Source of the DNA: a virus
Lineage: Duplodnaviria > Caudoviricetes
IMG/VR virus record: IMGVR_UViG_3300028805_000055
Span: 1 to 64,000 of that record
DNA: 64,000 nucleotides
Strand: one strand, 5' to 3'
The translations under genes were made by a program, and so were the position numbers. Of this stretch, positions 10,015 through 19,487 are shown piece after piece. Under the pieces are notes generated by a model. The model made no database searches, was not told the DNA's origin, and saw only the letters and a list, made by a program, of their open reading frames with translations. Numbering within the stretch: the stretch's first letter is position 1; each line of letters opens with the position of its first letter.

Positions 10015-10542
10015 TTAGTCACAATCAATGCAGAAATCTGCAATTTCCTCCAAATCGCTAGTATTAACCTTGAACGAAAGGTCATCCCTTCCCCATTTCT
10101 TTCGCTTGTAAGGCACGTAACACTCCTTTGGCGTGTCATATACAGTCTCCTTACCTTTAACGCATTCTAGAGCAAAAGAAAGCAGTTTTTCACGCTTTAC
10201 AAATATTATCTTGCTAAACGTTCTGAATGCAACATACTCAGCCTTTCCATATAACCACCCAGGCTTACCTGTTATTCCTTGTAGCTCAAGCCACTGTATA
10301 CTGTCATCTTGCTTTTCATCACCCCTACTGTTCCTTTTTATCCCCTTGACATCAATTCCAATCCTTCCCTTCTTTGGGCTGTCCCACCAGAAGTCTATAT
10401 GGTCATATTTGTCCTCAGACTGAGTAGACCTTTCAACAGCCCCGCCAAGCGTATATTTAACAGAATCCATTACGAAATCCTCATCCAACCGTCCAGTAAA
10501 ATAAAATTGTCTAACTGTTTCATTAAGTTTTCTATTTATCAT
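10015..10542 (-). CDS. PD-(D/E)XK-like nuclease
   Basis: EDKYDHIDFW...IDVKG...WLEL...GKPGWLYG pattern. Confidence 0.6.
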   Translation of the reverse strand: MINRKLNETVRQFYFTGRLDEDFVMDSVKYTLGGAVERSTQSEDKYDHIDFWWDSPKKGRIGIDVKGIKRNSRGDEKQDDSIQWLELQGITGKPGWLYGKAEYVAFRTFSKIIFVKREKLLSFALECVKGKETVYDTPKECYVPYKRKKWGRDDLSFKVNTSDLEEIADFCIDCD

Positions 10543-10553
10543 TTAATTTTTTT

Positions 10554-11210
10554 TTAGCACATTATTTTCCCGTGATAGTCAGACAAATCAATATATGTTT
10601 GTTTCTTTAGTAAAATATTAATTGGCTTTTCAATATACCTATCACTGTATCTAAAGGAGATATCATCAACAAACTCCTTTGTCTTGACGTATCCTCGCTC
10701 CCTTATATTCTGGTCTTGCTTTGATAATTTATCAAGAGTCCAGCCCTTCTTTTCAAGAAACTTTACAATCTTCTCCCTTGATACAAGACACCAATCAAGT
10801 TCCTTTATATTCTCTTTTGTAATACTGTCAGTATCATACCTCTTCTTTTGTTCATCATATTGTATATCAGCATTTACAATCCACCCAAGTAGATAATATT
10901 GGGTTTTCTTGGAATAATCAAGAAACCAACCACATCTTTTCTTACCTCCTTTGCCAATAAACGACAACTCAAGAGAAAATGTGTCAAGTCCTGTGTTCGC
11001 ATATCTTGCAGCAACCTTCTCATCTACCACAACCCTATATAATCTCTTGTCAGAGGTACTTAAAATAAGGTCTGAGCCGCTTATTTGTTCATCTTTCCCA
11101 TCTGTTCTTGCAAATTCAGAGAATAGTTCATTATTTGAATATAAATGTTCGTCAAGGAATGCTGCAATCTCACGTTCAACATTCATGTCTTTCTTTCTAT
11201 TATTTTCCAT
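10554..11210 (-). CDS. PD-(D/E)XK-like nuclease
   Basis: Q.SGSDLIL...VDEKVA...TFSLELS...GWF pattern. Confidence 0.55.
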   Translation of the reverse strand: MENNRKKDMNVEREIAAFLDEHLYSNNELFSEFARTDGKDEQISGSDLILSTSDKRLYRVVVDEKVAARYANTGLDTFSLELSFIGKGGKKRCGWFLDYSKKTQYYLLGWIVNADIQYDEQKKRYDTDSITKENIKELDWCLVSREKIVKFLEKKGWTLDKLSKQDQNIRERGYVKTKEFVDDISFRYSDRYIEKPINILLKKQTYIDLSDYHGKIMC

Positions 11211-12395
11211 TTATCCTACTAACAATGGCGCTTTTATCGGTGGGTCTGGATTATAATCAATTATCTCAAAGTCACTATATTTGAAATCATCAATTGTTTG
11301 TTGAGACCCATGAATTATTAGTTTAGGTGACACATCAGACCCCAATCTTGTTAATTGTTCTTTTACTGCATCTATATGCTCCTTATATATGTGGCAATCG
11401 CCAAGAGATACTACTAATTCATCTGGAATCATATTGACCAACTTCGCTATCATATGTGTAAGCAAAGCATATGACGCAATATTAAATGGACACCCCAAAA
11501 ATATATCATTACTTCGCATAGTATACATACAGGATAAACCATACATAGGAACATTGTATCTATCCATGTATTCTCCAGACATATTCTTGTATTCGTCTTC
11601 TGACAAACTAACATTCTTTCTGAGCCAGTCCAATCTCTCAAGATGCGTAAGTTTCCTTGCATAGAACTGGAACATCACGTGACAAGGTGGTAATGCCATT
11701 TTATCAAGCTGGTCTGGGTTGAACGCCACACATAACATTCTCCTATCGAAAGGATTCTTTTTTAGTGTCTCGATGATGTTATCTATTTGGTCTATTTCAT
11801 TATCACCATGCATACGCCACTGTTTTCCATAGATTGGTCCTAAGTCGCCAAATCTATACACCTCTGTATAAGGATAGCCCCCCAAAATCATAGTATGATA
11901 ATGAATTTCAAGTCTCTTGGCGACAAGCTCTAAGAACTCTTCTTTCGTTAGATTCAGAAGCCAGTCCTTGTCATTTTTTCTAACTTCATTCTCAATCCAA
12001 TATTCGTGATAAAGTCTTTCTCCACGCTCATCATCACCAATTGCTACAAGGAATTCATATTGTACATTAATACCCTTTACAATATTGTTGGTCACATATT
12101 CCTTAAACCATCTGTATGCATCATCATCCCAGATATGAACACCATTTCTAACAAGGTATTCAATATTCATACTTCCGTGAGAATTACATGGTCTTTGTAA
12201 GAACCACAGCAACTCATGTATAATGCCCTTGGTGAATACTTTCTTGGTGGTAAGCAGTGGAAAACCTTTCTGAAGGTCGAACCTCATGGACTTTCCAAAC
12301 AGTGATAACACCTCTCCAGCCCTAGTGTCTCTCTCGTCACCGAGCCTTATTATTTCCTCCATCAATCGGAGATATTGTTTATCTACATTATTCAT
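11211..12395 (-). CDS. thyA: Thymidylate synthase
   Basis: GFPLLTTKK, ELLWFL, GDLGPIYGKQWR, ALPPCH, RSNDIFLGCPFNIASY, GDCHIY. Confidence 0.97.
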   Translation of the reverse strand: MNNVDKQYLRLMEEIIRLGDERDTRAGEVLSLFGKSMRFDLQKGFPLLTTKKVFTKGIIHELLWFLQRPCNSHGSMNIEYLVRNGVHIWDDDAYRWFKEYVTNNIVKGINVQYEFLVAIGDDERGERLYHEYWIENEVRKNDKDWLLNLTKEEFLELVAKRLEIHYHTMILGGYPYTEVYRFGDLGPIYGKQWRMHGDNEIDQIDNIIETLKKNPFDRRMLCVAFNPDQLDKMALPPCHVMFQFYARKLTHLERLDWLRKNVSLSEDEYKNMSGEYMDRYNVPMYGLSCMYTMRSNDIFLGCPFNIASYALLTHMIAKLVNMIPDELVVSLGDCHIYKEHIDAVKEQLTRLGSDVSPKLIIHGSQQTIDDFKYSDFEIIDYNPDPPIKAPLLVG

Positions 12396-12410
12396 GTAAT
12401 ATAGTTTTAC

Positions 12411-12551
12411 TTAGTTATTTGCAGGCTGACATACCTCTTTCCAGGCAATAGCCATCATACCATCGAGTTCACGAAGTTCATGCCTCACTCGCCTCATTAT
12501 CCTCCTCGCCTCGTGGAGATTCCTCCACTCCTTCGCTAGGTTTCTGCTCAT
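12411..12551 (-). CDS. Small hypothetical protein (46 aa)
   Basis: MSRNLAKEWRNLHEARRIMRR... fills the gap in the operon; below the ORF-track cutoff. Confidence 0.5.
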   Translation of the reverse strand: MSRNLAKEWRNLHEARRIMRRVRHELRELDGMMAIAWKEVCQPANN

Positions 12552-13029
12552 TTTTCTTATTTTTTTGCTCTACATTATTTATATACTGCATGATGGCAGC
12601 ATCATTGCCTATGAAGTGACCAAGCTCCTCCATCTTGTGCTTATAACAGTTGTCAGACTCAATTGCATCTATTCTGTCAACAATTTTATCAAACTCCCTG
12701 TCAAGCATCATTATATCATTTCTTAAGGCTCTCTTTCTAACCATATTCTCCAGGAACTCCTTTCTCCTGTCCTTTGATGGGTAGAAAATATCATAGTCAA
12801 TCTTTCTGTTATTCAATACTTCAAGCAATCTCTCAGCAACTGGAACAAAGATAATATCGTAGTCATCGACCTCATCCATTATATTGTCAGCCCACAGGTT
12901 GTAGTCGTATTCACCGTCCTGTCCTTCTCCCATCAGCGTTGTTGCATCAAGCATCTTTGCCTTGCTTCCGTGAGTGTTCATTAAGTAAGTCTTACCACAC
13001 CCAGGAAATGAACTAATAAGTATTCCCAT
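12478..13029 (-). CDS. P-loop kinase-like protein
   Basis: N-terminal ISSFPGCGKT Walker A. Confidence 0.65.
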   Translation of the reverse strand: MGILISSFPGCGKTYLMNTHGSKAKMLDATTLMGEGQDGEYDYNLWADNIMDEVDDYDIIFVPVAERLLEVLNNRKIDYDIFYPSKDRRKEFLENMVRKRALRNDIMMLDREFDKIVDRIDAIESDNCYKHKMEELGHFIGNDAAIMQYINNVEQKNKKNEQKPSEGVEESPRGEEDNEASEA

Positions 13030-13234
13030 ACTCGTACAGTCTATCTAAGTTATCTTCTGAGTCAGACATCCATGCTATAGGTACGTCTTCAGCCTTTGCA
13101 ATGATAGGTCCTATCCAGCCCATCTTTCTCCAATACTCCTGCTGTTCCATTTCCAACATATGCTTCTCCTGGTAGAGCGCAGATATTTCCTCATCAATTT
13201 CCTTGAGCCTCTGGCTTATGCTTTTGTTCGTCAT
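13013..13234 (-). CDS. Hypothetical protein
   Basis: 73-aa ORF overlapping both neighbours. Confidence 0.6.
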   Translation of the reverse strand: MTNKSISQRLKEIDEEISALYQEKHMLEMEQQEYWRKMGWIGPIIAKAEDVPIAWMSDSEDNLDRLYEYGNTY

Positions 13235-13505
13235 GTTTATCCAACCTTTCCTTTAATCTTTGTAATTTTCTATCCTTCTCTGCTTCGAATCTGTCATATC
13301 CAAAAAGTGTTGCCATTTGCTCAACCATGATGGATGCATCAGCAATCTCAGTTATGACATCATCTTCCTCAACACGTCTCCTGTCAAACTTTCCAAGAGC
13401 CGCAAATAACTCTCCAATCTCTTCAACCAACATCTTGAACTGTGCAGTCACTCCCCACATTTCAAGTGCCCTCTCGTATTGTCTAATCTTCTCCTGTTTC
13501 TCCAT
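13194..13505 (-). CDS. MazG-like nucleotide pyrophosphohydrolase
   Basis: LVEEIGEL...ITEIADASIM acidic helix motifs. Confidence 0.75.
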   Translation of the reverse strand: MEKQEKIRQYERALEMWGVTAQFKMLVEEIGELFAALGKFDRRRVEEDDVITEIADASIMVEQMATLFGYDRFEAEKDRKLQRLKERLDKHDEQKHKPEAQGN

Positions 13506-13977
13506 TGTCGAATTCCTCCGTAGTGATTAGTTTAACATCCTTACCAGCAGCTACCAAGATGCCGCAAATAACATTGAGAGCGTCCTTGTTAAGCTTTACC
13601 TCCTTCTCGAACACAACCTCATCCTTGTTGTTCCTCATCTTGATAATTTTACCGTCGTAGTCGATGAACACACCACCTTCCATTCTGAAGCTGAGTTCAC
13701 CATCAAGAGTAGCTAGGTCGGCATTCTCCATCTTCTCAAAGGCATAACCCTTGGTCTTGATGTACTGATTCAATGCCCTTCCCTGGCTTTCATCGTTCTT
13801 AAAAAGCAGATAGTCTCTGACATCCACCTTTTCATACCTGTATTGAGTTCCATTGTTGAATACCACAATCAACGTCTTCAATTCGTTATCATGGTCAATA
13901 CACTCGCTGTACTTGATGTTAGAGGACTGATACCACGTCCTGTCAACATCATTCGAATAGAAATTAAAAATCTTCAT
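13483..13977 (-). CDS. KTSC-domain protein
   Basis: SSNIK...LIVVFNNGTQYRYEKV...SQGRALNQYIK. Confidence 0.75.
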   Translation of the reverse strand: MKIFNFYSNDVDRTWYQSSNIKYSECIDHDNELKTLIVVFNNGTQYRYEKVDVRDYLLFKNDESQGRALNQYIKTKGYAFEKMENADLATLDGELSFRMEGGVFIDYDGKIIKMRNNKDEVVFEKEVKLNKDALNVICGILVAAGKDVKLITTEEFDNGETGED

Positions 13978-14103
13978 AGTCTCTTAACTATTTTTTGCAA
14001 AGATATATAAAAAATGTTAAAAAAGCAAGAAAATTACAAACTTTTTTTATTGTTTTTTAAACGTCGATGATTACATTTTATTATGTAAAACAAAAAAAAA
14101 ATT

Positions 14104-16587
14104 ATGAGTAGAAAAAAAGATAATTCTTACACATTAGAACTTAATGAGGTAATGTCATATATGACTGATACCCTCATTCATGAATTCCCTACGGACTTAC
14201 TTACACCAGAGTACCTTATTTTATCAATGCTGGACATTAGAAACTGTCATGCGAACCTTATCCTTGACAACTGTCTTATGTCAAACAACCTGGATGAGCT
14301 GAGGAAGGTGTATGTGTCTGCTATCGAATCACATATGAACCCTCAAGTGAAAATGGACGACATCAGATTTAATGATGAGCTGGTAAGATTGCTTGAGTGC
14401 GCCCAAAAGGAAAGAGATAAATTAAAGAATATAGAAATAGGCACAGAACACATCCTGCTTGCTGTTCTCAATAAGGAGTACGGATTCAAGAACGCAGAAG
14501 TATTCGACAAGTTCAGACTTGAGTACGAGTTCATACAGAACAAGTGCGATACCCCCAACAAAGAGAAGGGAGAGTTGAAAGCTCCGAAGGGTCTCAAGGC
14601 AAAGGGAAATGGTATACCTCTCAAGAGCCAGGTCAATGCCAAATCAGTGTCAAGTCTGGCTGACGACTTCATCACGAAATACACCACAAGCCTCAACAAG
14701 ATGGCTAAGAACGGTGAGATTGACGACGTGATTGGGAGAGAAAATGAGATAAAGGAAATCATTAAGACCCTTTCCAGAAGAAAGAAGAACAATGCAGTTC
14801 TGGTAGGACGTGGAGGCTGCGGAAAGACAGCTATCGTCTATGGGCTTGCAAACCTCATTGAAGAAGGTAAAGTTCCATCAGTGCTTGAAGGCAAGGAGAT
14901 TGTAATGCTCAATATCATGGCGTTGGTAAGTGGAACACACTTTAGAGGAATGTTCGAGGAGAGAATCAATGGATTGTTCACTGAGTTACAAGCATCCGAT
15001 AAGTATATCCTGTTCATCGACGACATGCAGAATGTGCTGAAGAGTGGAAGCAAGGATAAGGACACTGACATATCTGGTATGATTAGTAATGCCCTATCAG
15101 AAGGTAAACTGAAGATTATCGGTACTACTACATTTAAGGAATACAGGAACTCAATAGAAAGTAATTCATCTATTTCAAGAAAGTTACAGAAGATTGTCAT
15201 TGAGCCTAACACGATAGAGGAGGCGACTGCAATCCTTGACCACAACAAGAGATATTATGAAGAATTCCACAGGGTTACATACAGTGATAGAACCATTAAG
15301 AAAGCAATTGAACTTGCTGACAGATACATTACTGACAGGTGTCTTCCAGACTCAGCATTCGACATCATAGACCTTGCTGGTGCTGGTACATCACTCCTGG
15401 AGAGAGAACCAGTGGAAATACAGAACACGAAAAAGAGAATGAGAGAAATTGAGAATGAGAAGTACACAGCACTTAATAACGGAGACTTCGAACTCATTGA
15501 CTCACTCACGATAGAAGAGAACGTACTGGCTTCAGACATGGCAGACTACAAGAGAGATATTAAGAAGCTTAAGATAGATACAATAGAAATCACTGAGGAC
15601 AACATTGCAGACGTTGTGTCTGAAATGACCAAGATTCCAGTGAGCAAACTGTCAGTCAGCGAGAAGGCTAAGATTGCCAACATCGACAAGATTCTCAAGG
15701 AGAGTGTTATAGGACAGGACGAGGCAGTTGACAGCGTTTGCAGGGTTATCAAGAGAAACAAGGTAGGACTTGGTGACAAGTCGAAGACACTGGCTAATAT
15801 CTTAATGGTAGGCCCTACTGGTTCTGGTAAGACTCTCATTGCCAAGAAGCTTGCTGAGGAAATCTTCGGAGACGAGAAGGCACTCATAAGGATTGATATG
15901 TCTGAATACTCAGAGAAAAACTCTGTAGCAAAGCTTACTGGTGCAGCACCAGGATATGTAGGTTACGAGAACGGTGGACAGCTTACTGAGGCTGTGAAGC
16001 ACAAGCAGCACTGTGTATTACTCCTTGATGAAATTGAAAAGGCAGACCAGGAGGTTTATAACATATTCCTTCAGTTATTCGACGAGGGACGACTTACGGA
16101 CAGTGCTGGACAGATTGTCAACTTCAAGAATGTTATCGTCCTCATGACCTCGAATATAGGTGCTAGGAAGGCAGCAGAGCTTGGTAATGGACTTGGTTTC
16201 GTTAACAGTGAGGAATCTAATAAAAAATCTATTATTGATAAGGAATTAAAGAAGAAATTTACTCCAGAGTTTATTAATAGATTGGACCAGATAGTATATT
16301 TCAATTCATTATCAGATGATAATCTTAAAGATATTGTTAAACTAGAAATAGATAAGTTTAATAAGAGACTTAATACATTAGAATATAGTATCACGTATAC
16401 TGATGAGGTTGTTACCTGTATACATGCAGAAGCCCTCAAGTCCAAGGAGTTCGGTGCTAGACCTATCATAAGGCTTATACAGACCAACCTGGAGGATAAG
16501 ATTACAGACCTCATGTTGACGAACGAATACCCGTCAAACTATGTGTTCAGTGCCTCATGTTCGAATGAACAGATTGAAATTAGATAA
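14104..16587 (+). CDS. clpC: ClpC/ClpB-family AAA+ chaperone
   Basis: Clp N repeats, GRGGCGKT, RGMFEER, LPDSAFDIID, GPTGSGKT, RIDMSEYSEK, GAAPGYVGY, LLDEIEKA, FGARPI. Confidence 0.93.
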   Translation: MSRKKDNSYTLELNEVMSYMTDTLIHEFPTDLLTPEYLILSMLDIRNCHANLILDNCLMSNNLDELRKVYVSAIESHMNPQVKMDDIRFNDELVRLLECAQKERDKLKNIEIGTEHILLAVLNKEYGFKNAEVFDKFRLEYEFIQNKCDTPNKEKGELKAPKGLKAKGNGIPLKSQVNAKSVSSLADDFITKYTTSLNKMAKNGEIDDVIGRENEIKEIIKTLSRRKKNNAVLVGRGGCGKTAIVYGLANLIEEGKVPSVLEGKEIVMLNIMALVSGTHFRGMFEERINGLFTELQASDKYILFIDDMQNVLKSGSKDKDTDISGMISNALSEGKLKIIGTTTFKEYRNSIESNSSISRKLQKIVIEPNTIEEATAILDHNKRYYEEFHRVTYSDRTIKKAIELADRYITDRCLPDSAFDIIDLAGAGTSLLEREPVEIQNTKKRMREIENEKYTALNNGDFELIDSLTIEENVLASDMADYKRDIKKLKIDTIEITEDNIADVVSEMTKIPVSKLSVSEKAKIANIDKILKESVIGQDEAVDSVCRVIKRNKVGLGDKSKTLANILMVGPTGSGKTLIAKKLAEEIFGDEKALIRIDMSEYSEKNSVAKLTGAAPGYVGYENGGQLTEAVKHKQHCVLLLDEIEKADQEVYNIFLQLFDEGRLTDSAGQIVNFKNVIVLMTSNIGARKAAELGNGLGFVNSEESNKKSIIDKELKKKFTPEFINRLDQIVYFNSLSDDNLKDIVKLEIDKFNKRLNTLEYSITYTDEVVTCIHAEALKSKEFGARPIIRLIQTNLEDKITDLMLTNEYPSNYVFSASCSNEQIEIR

Positions 16588-16639
16588 ACAGGACCTCATA
16601 ATTTTTTAAATATTTTGTTATCATATTAACTACTTTTTA

Positions 16640-16673
16640 GGGAGGAGGGGACACTAAATCCCTCCTCCTTTTT
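16640..16673 (+). terminator. Intrinsic terminator
   Basis: GGAGGAGGG...CCCTCCTCC followed by TTTTT. Confidence 0.75.
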
Positions 16674-16702
16674 GTTAAAATAAGTAAATTTATACGTAAA
16701 TT

Positions 16703-16734
16703 TTTGGTTATTACAAAAAATTTGTATATCTTTG
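16703..16734 (+). promoter_or_regulatory. Bacteroidetes sigmaA-type promoter (representative of the plus-strand set)
   Basis: TTTG-20 nt-TATCTTTG(CA). Other plus-strand -7 boxes at 19452, 20481, 22101, 25750, 26734, 29789, 35450, 39727, 41468 and 46069. Confidence 0.85.
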
Positions 16735-16756
16735 CACTTGTAAATCATTATCGACC

Positions 16757-17320
16757 ATGATGATAGATTTATGTAACAAGCTCGTAGACAACGATTTAAG
16801 TAAAAACGACTTGTTAGAAAGGATAGAAATCCAGAAGACCTGCCAAGGCGACATTGAAGCAATATGCAACACTTTAGCCAAGGCATTCGATATGTACTCA
16901 GCGGAGGAAGCCTTCCAGCAATTGATACAGTCTAGAGCAAGACTGGATGAATCCATAAAGCTGGTAGACAAGTATACGGGTGACATCTATGGACTGTTGA
17001 TGTTCTGTGAATATCCAATAGCCGTTGGAAGTCCGTTGAAACATATAAATATTGACATGGCTGACTACCTGGGTCAGTACTCGCAGGTCAATGGTCACTC
17101 GTTCATCATCGATGAGAGGTTGAGGGGTACAGGTCTTGACAGAAAGATGCTGTTCCACAACATCAAGTTCTTGATTGAAAACTACGATTTTATATGGATT
17201 GCAGTTGAGATTGACTTGAAGACCCACGCATACTGGCAGAGACTAGGGTTCATAGAGGTGTTTAGAATACCAGAGGCTGTGTTCTACATGATGCCATTGA
17301 ACGAAAAGCTTGTTAGCTGA
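16757..17320 (+). CDS. GNAT-family acetyltransferase
   Basis: IDERLRGTGLD acetyl-CoA motif; YWQRLGF. Confidence 0.75.
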   Translation: MMIDLCNKLVDNDLSKNDLLERIEIQKTCQGDIEAICNTLAKAFDMYSAEEAFQQLIQSRARLDESIKLVDKYTGDIYGLLMFCEYPIAVGSPLKHINIDMADYLGQYSQVNGHSFIIDERLRGTGLDRKMLFHNIKFLIENYDFIWIAVEIDLKTHAYWQRLGFIEVFRIPEAVFYMMPLNEKLVS

Positions 17321-17349
17321 TATTTATTATTAATAATGCATGTTATGAC

Positions 17350-17739
17350 ATGAAGAAGATAATATTATCAGAAAGAGCTTTCGATACTGTCAAAAGGCAG
17401 ATTATCAATGAATCATATGCAGACAAAATCCTCATGGTGAAGAACTTCCTGGACAAGAATTTCATACAAGGAACTCTTGAGAACCAGAATGACAATGGTA
17501 CTATGGGTACAAAGGCTGTGTTCGTAAAGTTAAACAATGGTCTACCAACGAAGAACTCCGTATGGATTGACGACGTGGTTGACCAGCTAGAGTCAGAAAG
17601 TAATTATCATAAATTAGTAGCAAATGAGTTAGAAAGAAAGGGATTGTTCCTCCAGATTGCCAAGGATTGGTACAATAAGTCACCAAAGCTAAAGCTTGGA
17701 AATCTGACAAGTTACGACTTCTTGAGGAGTATCAAGTAA
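17350..17739 (+). CDS. Hypothetical late protein
   Basis: MKKIILSERAFDTVKRQIINES motif; TATTTATT at 17321. Confidence 0.7.
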   Translation: MKKIILSERAFDTVKRQIINESYADKILMVKNFLDKNFIQGTLENQNDNGTMGTKAVFVKLNNGLPTKNSVWIDDVVDQLESESNYHKLVANELERKGLFLQIAKDWYNKSPKLKLGNLTSYDFLRSIK

Positions 17740-17752
17740 GATTAATTAATAA

Positions 17753-17823
17753 GAGGAGACGGTGACGTAACTCGCTCTCACATATCGTCACCATATCGGT
17801 GCAGCATACTGCATACGAGCCTC
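17753..17823 (+). ncRNA. Candidate structured cis-regulatory RNA (possible pseudoknot)
   Basis: GAGG/CCTC, GGTGACG/CGTCACC, TGCAG-cata-CTGCA, and loop CTCG complementary to 3' CGAG; GC-rich patch in an AT-rich 5' UTR. Confidence 0.45.
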
Positions 17824-17837
17824 ACTAAAATTTATAT

Positions 17838-18263
17838 ATGATGAGACTAAAAAAATTAATTTTAATGTGCATGCTGATGCTTCCTATTAGCGTAGCGGCA
17901 CAAAAGAAAAAAGCGTATGACTGGACACCAGTAATTGATGCCATCATACAAGTAGAAAGTAAGGGAAATGCTAATGCGATTAGCAAAGATTGTGCAGGGG
18001 TATTACAGATTAGACCAATATTGGTTCAAGATGTAAACGAATACCTAAAAATGAAAGGTAAAAGTAAACGTTTTAGCTTAAAAGACAGGTTTAGCCCAGA
18101 AAAGTCAAAAGAAATGTTTATTTTATACCAGAAACGCTACAATCCTAAAAACAACGTAGAAGTGGCCATTAGGTTATGGAACGGTGGATGTGGCTATAGT
18201 GTTGAAAAAACGAACGGTTACTTGAAAAAGGTTATGTCACATTATAAAAAAAAGGGAGCTTAG
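17838..18263 (+). CDS. Secreted lysozyme-fold/SLT-like transglycosylase
   Basis: Signal peptide; AIIQVESKGN (catalytic Glu); GVLQI; RLWNGG. Confidence 0.8.
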   Translation: MMRLKKLILMCMLMLPISVAAQKKKAYDWTPVIDAIIQVESKGNANAISKDCAGVLQIRPILVQDVNEYLKMKGKSKRFSLKDRFSPEKSKEMFILYQKRYNPKNNVEVAIRLWNGGCGYSVEKTNGYLKKVMSHYKKKGA

Positions 18264-18276
18264 TCAGCCCCCTTTT

Positions 18277-18540
18277 TTAGTTTGTTATATTGTTGCCCAT
18301 TCTCGTCTTTAGTAAATCTCTCAATGTAGACCCCTTCATGTTTTTCACTATCGGGTCTTTTCTGACATAGGCATTGGCAAACTCGCCACTGGTTCTGTCA
18401 TTCATGTTCATATCCAGCATTGCCTCATTCTGGTCTTCAACAGGATACTTGTCCCAAGCATCCACTTCCAATATTTTTTCTACAGCCTCTTTCACAATCT
18501 TGTGAAGGTCTGATTCCGTTAATCTTATTATCTGTTTCAT
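18277..18540 (-). CDS. Small late protein with LTES motif
   Basis: MKQIIRLTESDLHKIVKEAVEKILE. Confidence 0.7.
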   Translation of the reverse strand: MKQIIRLTESDLHKIVKEAVEKILEVDAWDKYPVEDQNEAMLDMNMNDRTSGEFANAYVRKDPIVKNMKGSTLRDLLKTRMGNNITN

Positions 18541-18638
18541 ATCTCTATCCTCCAGTAGGGTTTTTCCTAAAAATTTTTGTAATTTTATTGGATTTTCCTA
18601 CGTTTTTGTTATATTTTATATATAAATAGATAGTTGAT

Positions 18639-19373
18639 ATGGAAAATATAAGTGATAGCATTTACATTTATTTGTGGGATACCCTCAATACGGTGTACAT
18701 TGGTAGAACAGTAAGACCTAAAGTGAGGCACTACCAGCACAGGACTAGAAAAGATGAAAGAACTTACAAATTTACCGTTGAACACAATATTGAACACCCA
18801 TCCATGATTATTTTGGAAAGCGGCTTAACCATTGAAGAAGGTGTTGAACGTGAAAAATATTGGATTAAATATTACAGAAATGAGACATCATATAATGTTT
18901 TAAATAAATCATATGGTGGACAGGTGGGTGGTCAGCTGTGCCCTCTAACTGAAGAAGAAAAAAAGAATCGAAAGAAAGAGTACAGGAAAAGGTTTAACGA
19001 TTTACATCGAGAAAAAATAAACCTGGAGAGAAAACTATATTATGAAAAAAATAGAGACAAAATAAAAGAGAAAAGTAAATTATACTACGAAAAAAATAAA
19101 GAAAAAATCAAAAAATACTATGAGGATACAAAAGATAAGCGTAAAGAGTATATGAAGGAATACTGGGAAAAACATAGAGAAGAAAAAAAAGAAGTGGATA
19201 GGAAACGTTATGAAGAGCACAAAACTGAAAAGTTAGCTTATCTCAAAGAATATCGTGAAACTCATAGAGAAAAAGTGTTAGAATTGAAACGAAGATATCG
19301 TGAAAGACATAGAGAGGAACTTAAAGAGAAAGCCAAAGAATATCGTAGAAAGAAGGTTGGGAAATCCCTATAG
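18639..19373 (+). CDS. GIY-YIG homing-type endonuclease
   Basis: SIYIYL...VYIGRT...R..QH...E.EKYWI...YNV; K/E/Y-rich helical C-terminal repeats. Confidence 0.8.
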   Translation: MENISDSIYIYLWDTLNTVYIGRTVRPKVRHYQHRTRKDERTYKFTVEHNIEHPSMIILESGLTIEEGVEREKYWIKYYRNETSYNVLNKSYGGQVGGQLCPLTEEEKKNRKKEYRKRFNDLHREKINLERKLYYEKNRDKIKEKSKLYYEKNKEKIKKYYEDTKDKRKEYMKEYWEKHREEKKEVDRKRYEEHKTEKLAYLKEYRETHREKVLELKRRYRERHREELKEKAKEYRRKKVGKSL

Positions 19374-19487
19374 GGTATAGGCTTTTTCCTAAAAAACGTT
19401 AGAAATACCCTATTTCTTCTATAAATACTTGTATTTTAGAAAAAAAACATATATCTTTGCACTAGTTATAGAAAATAGTATACGCTT

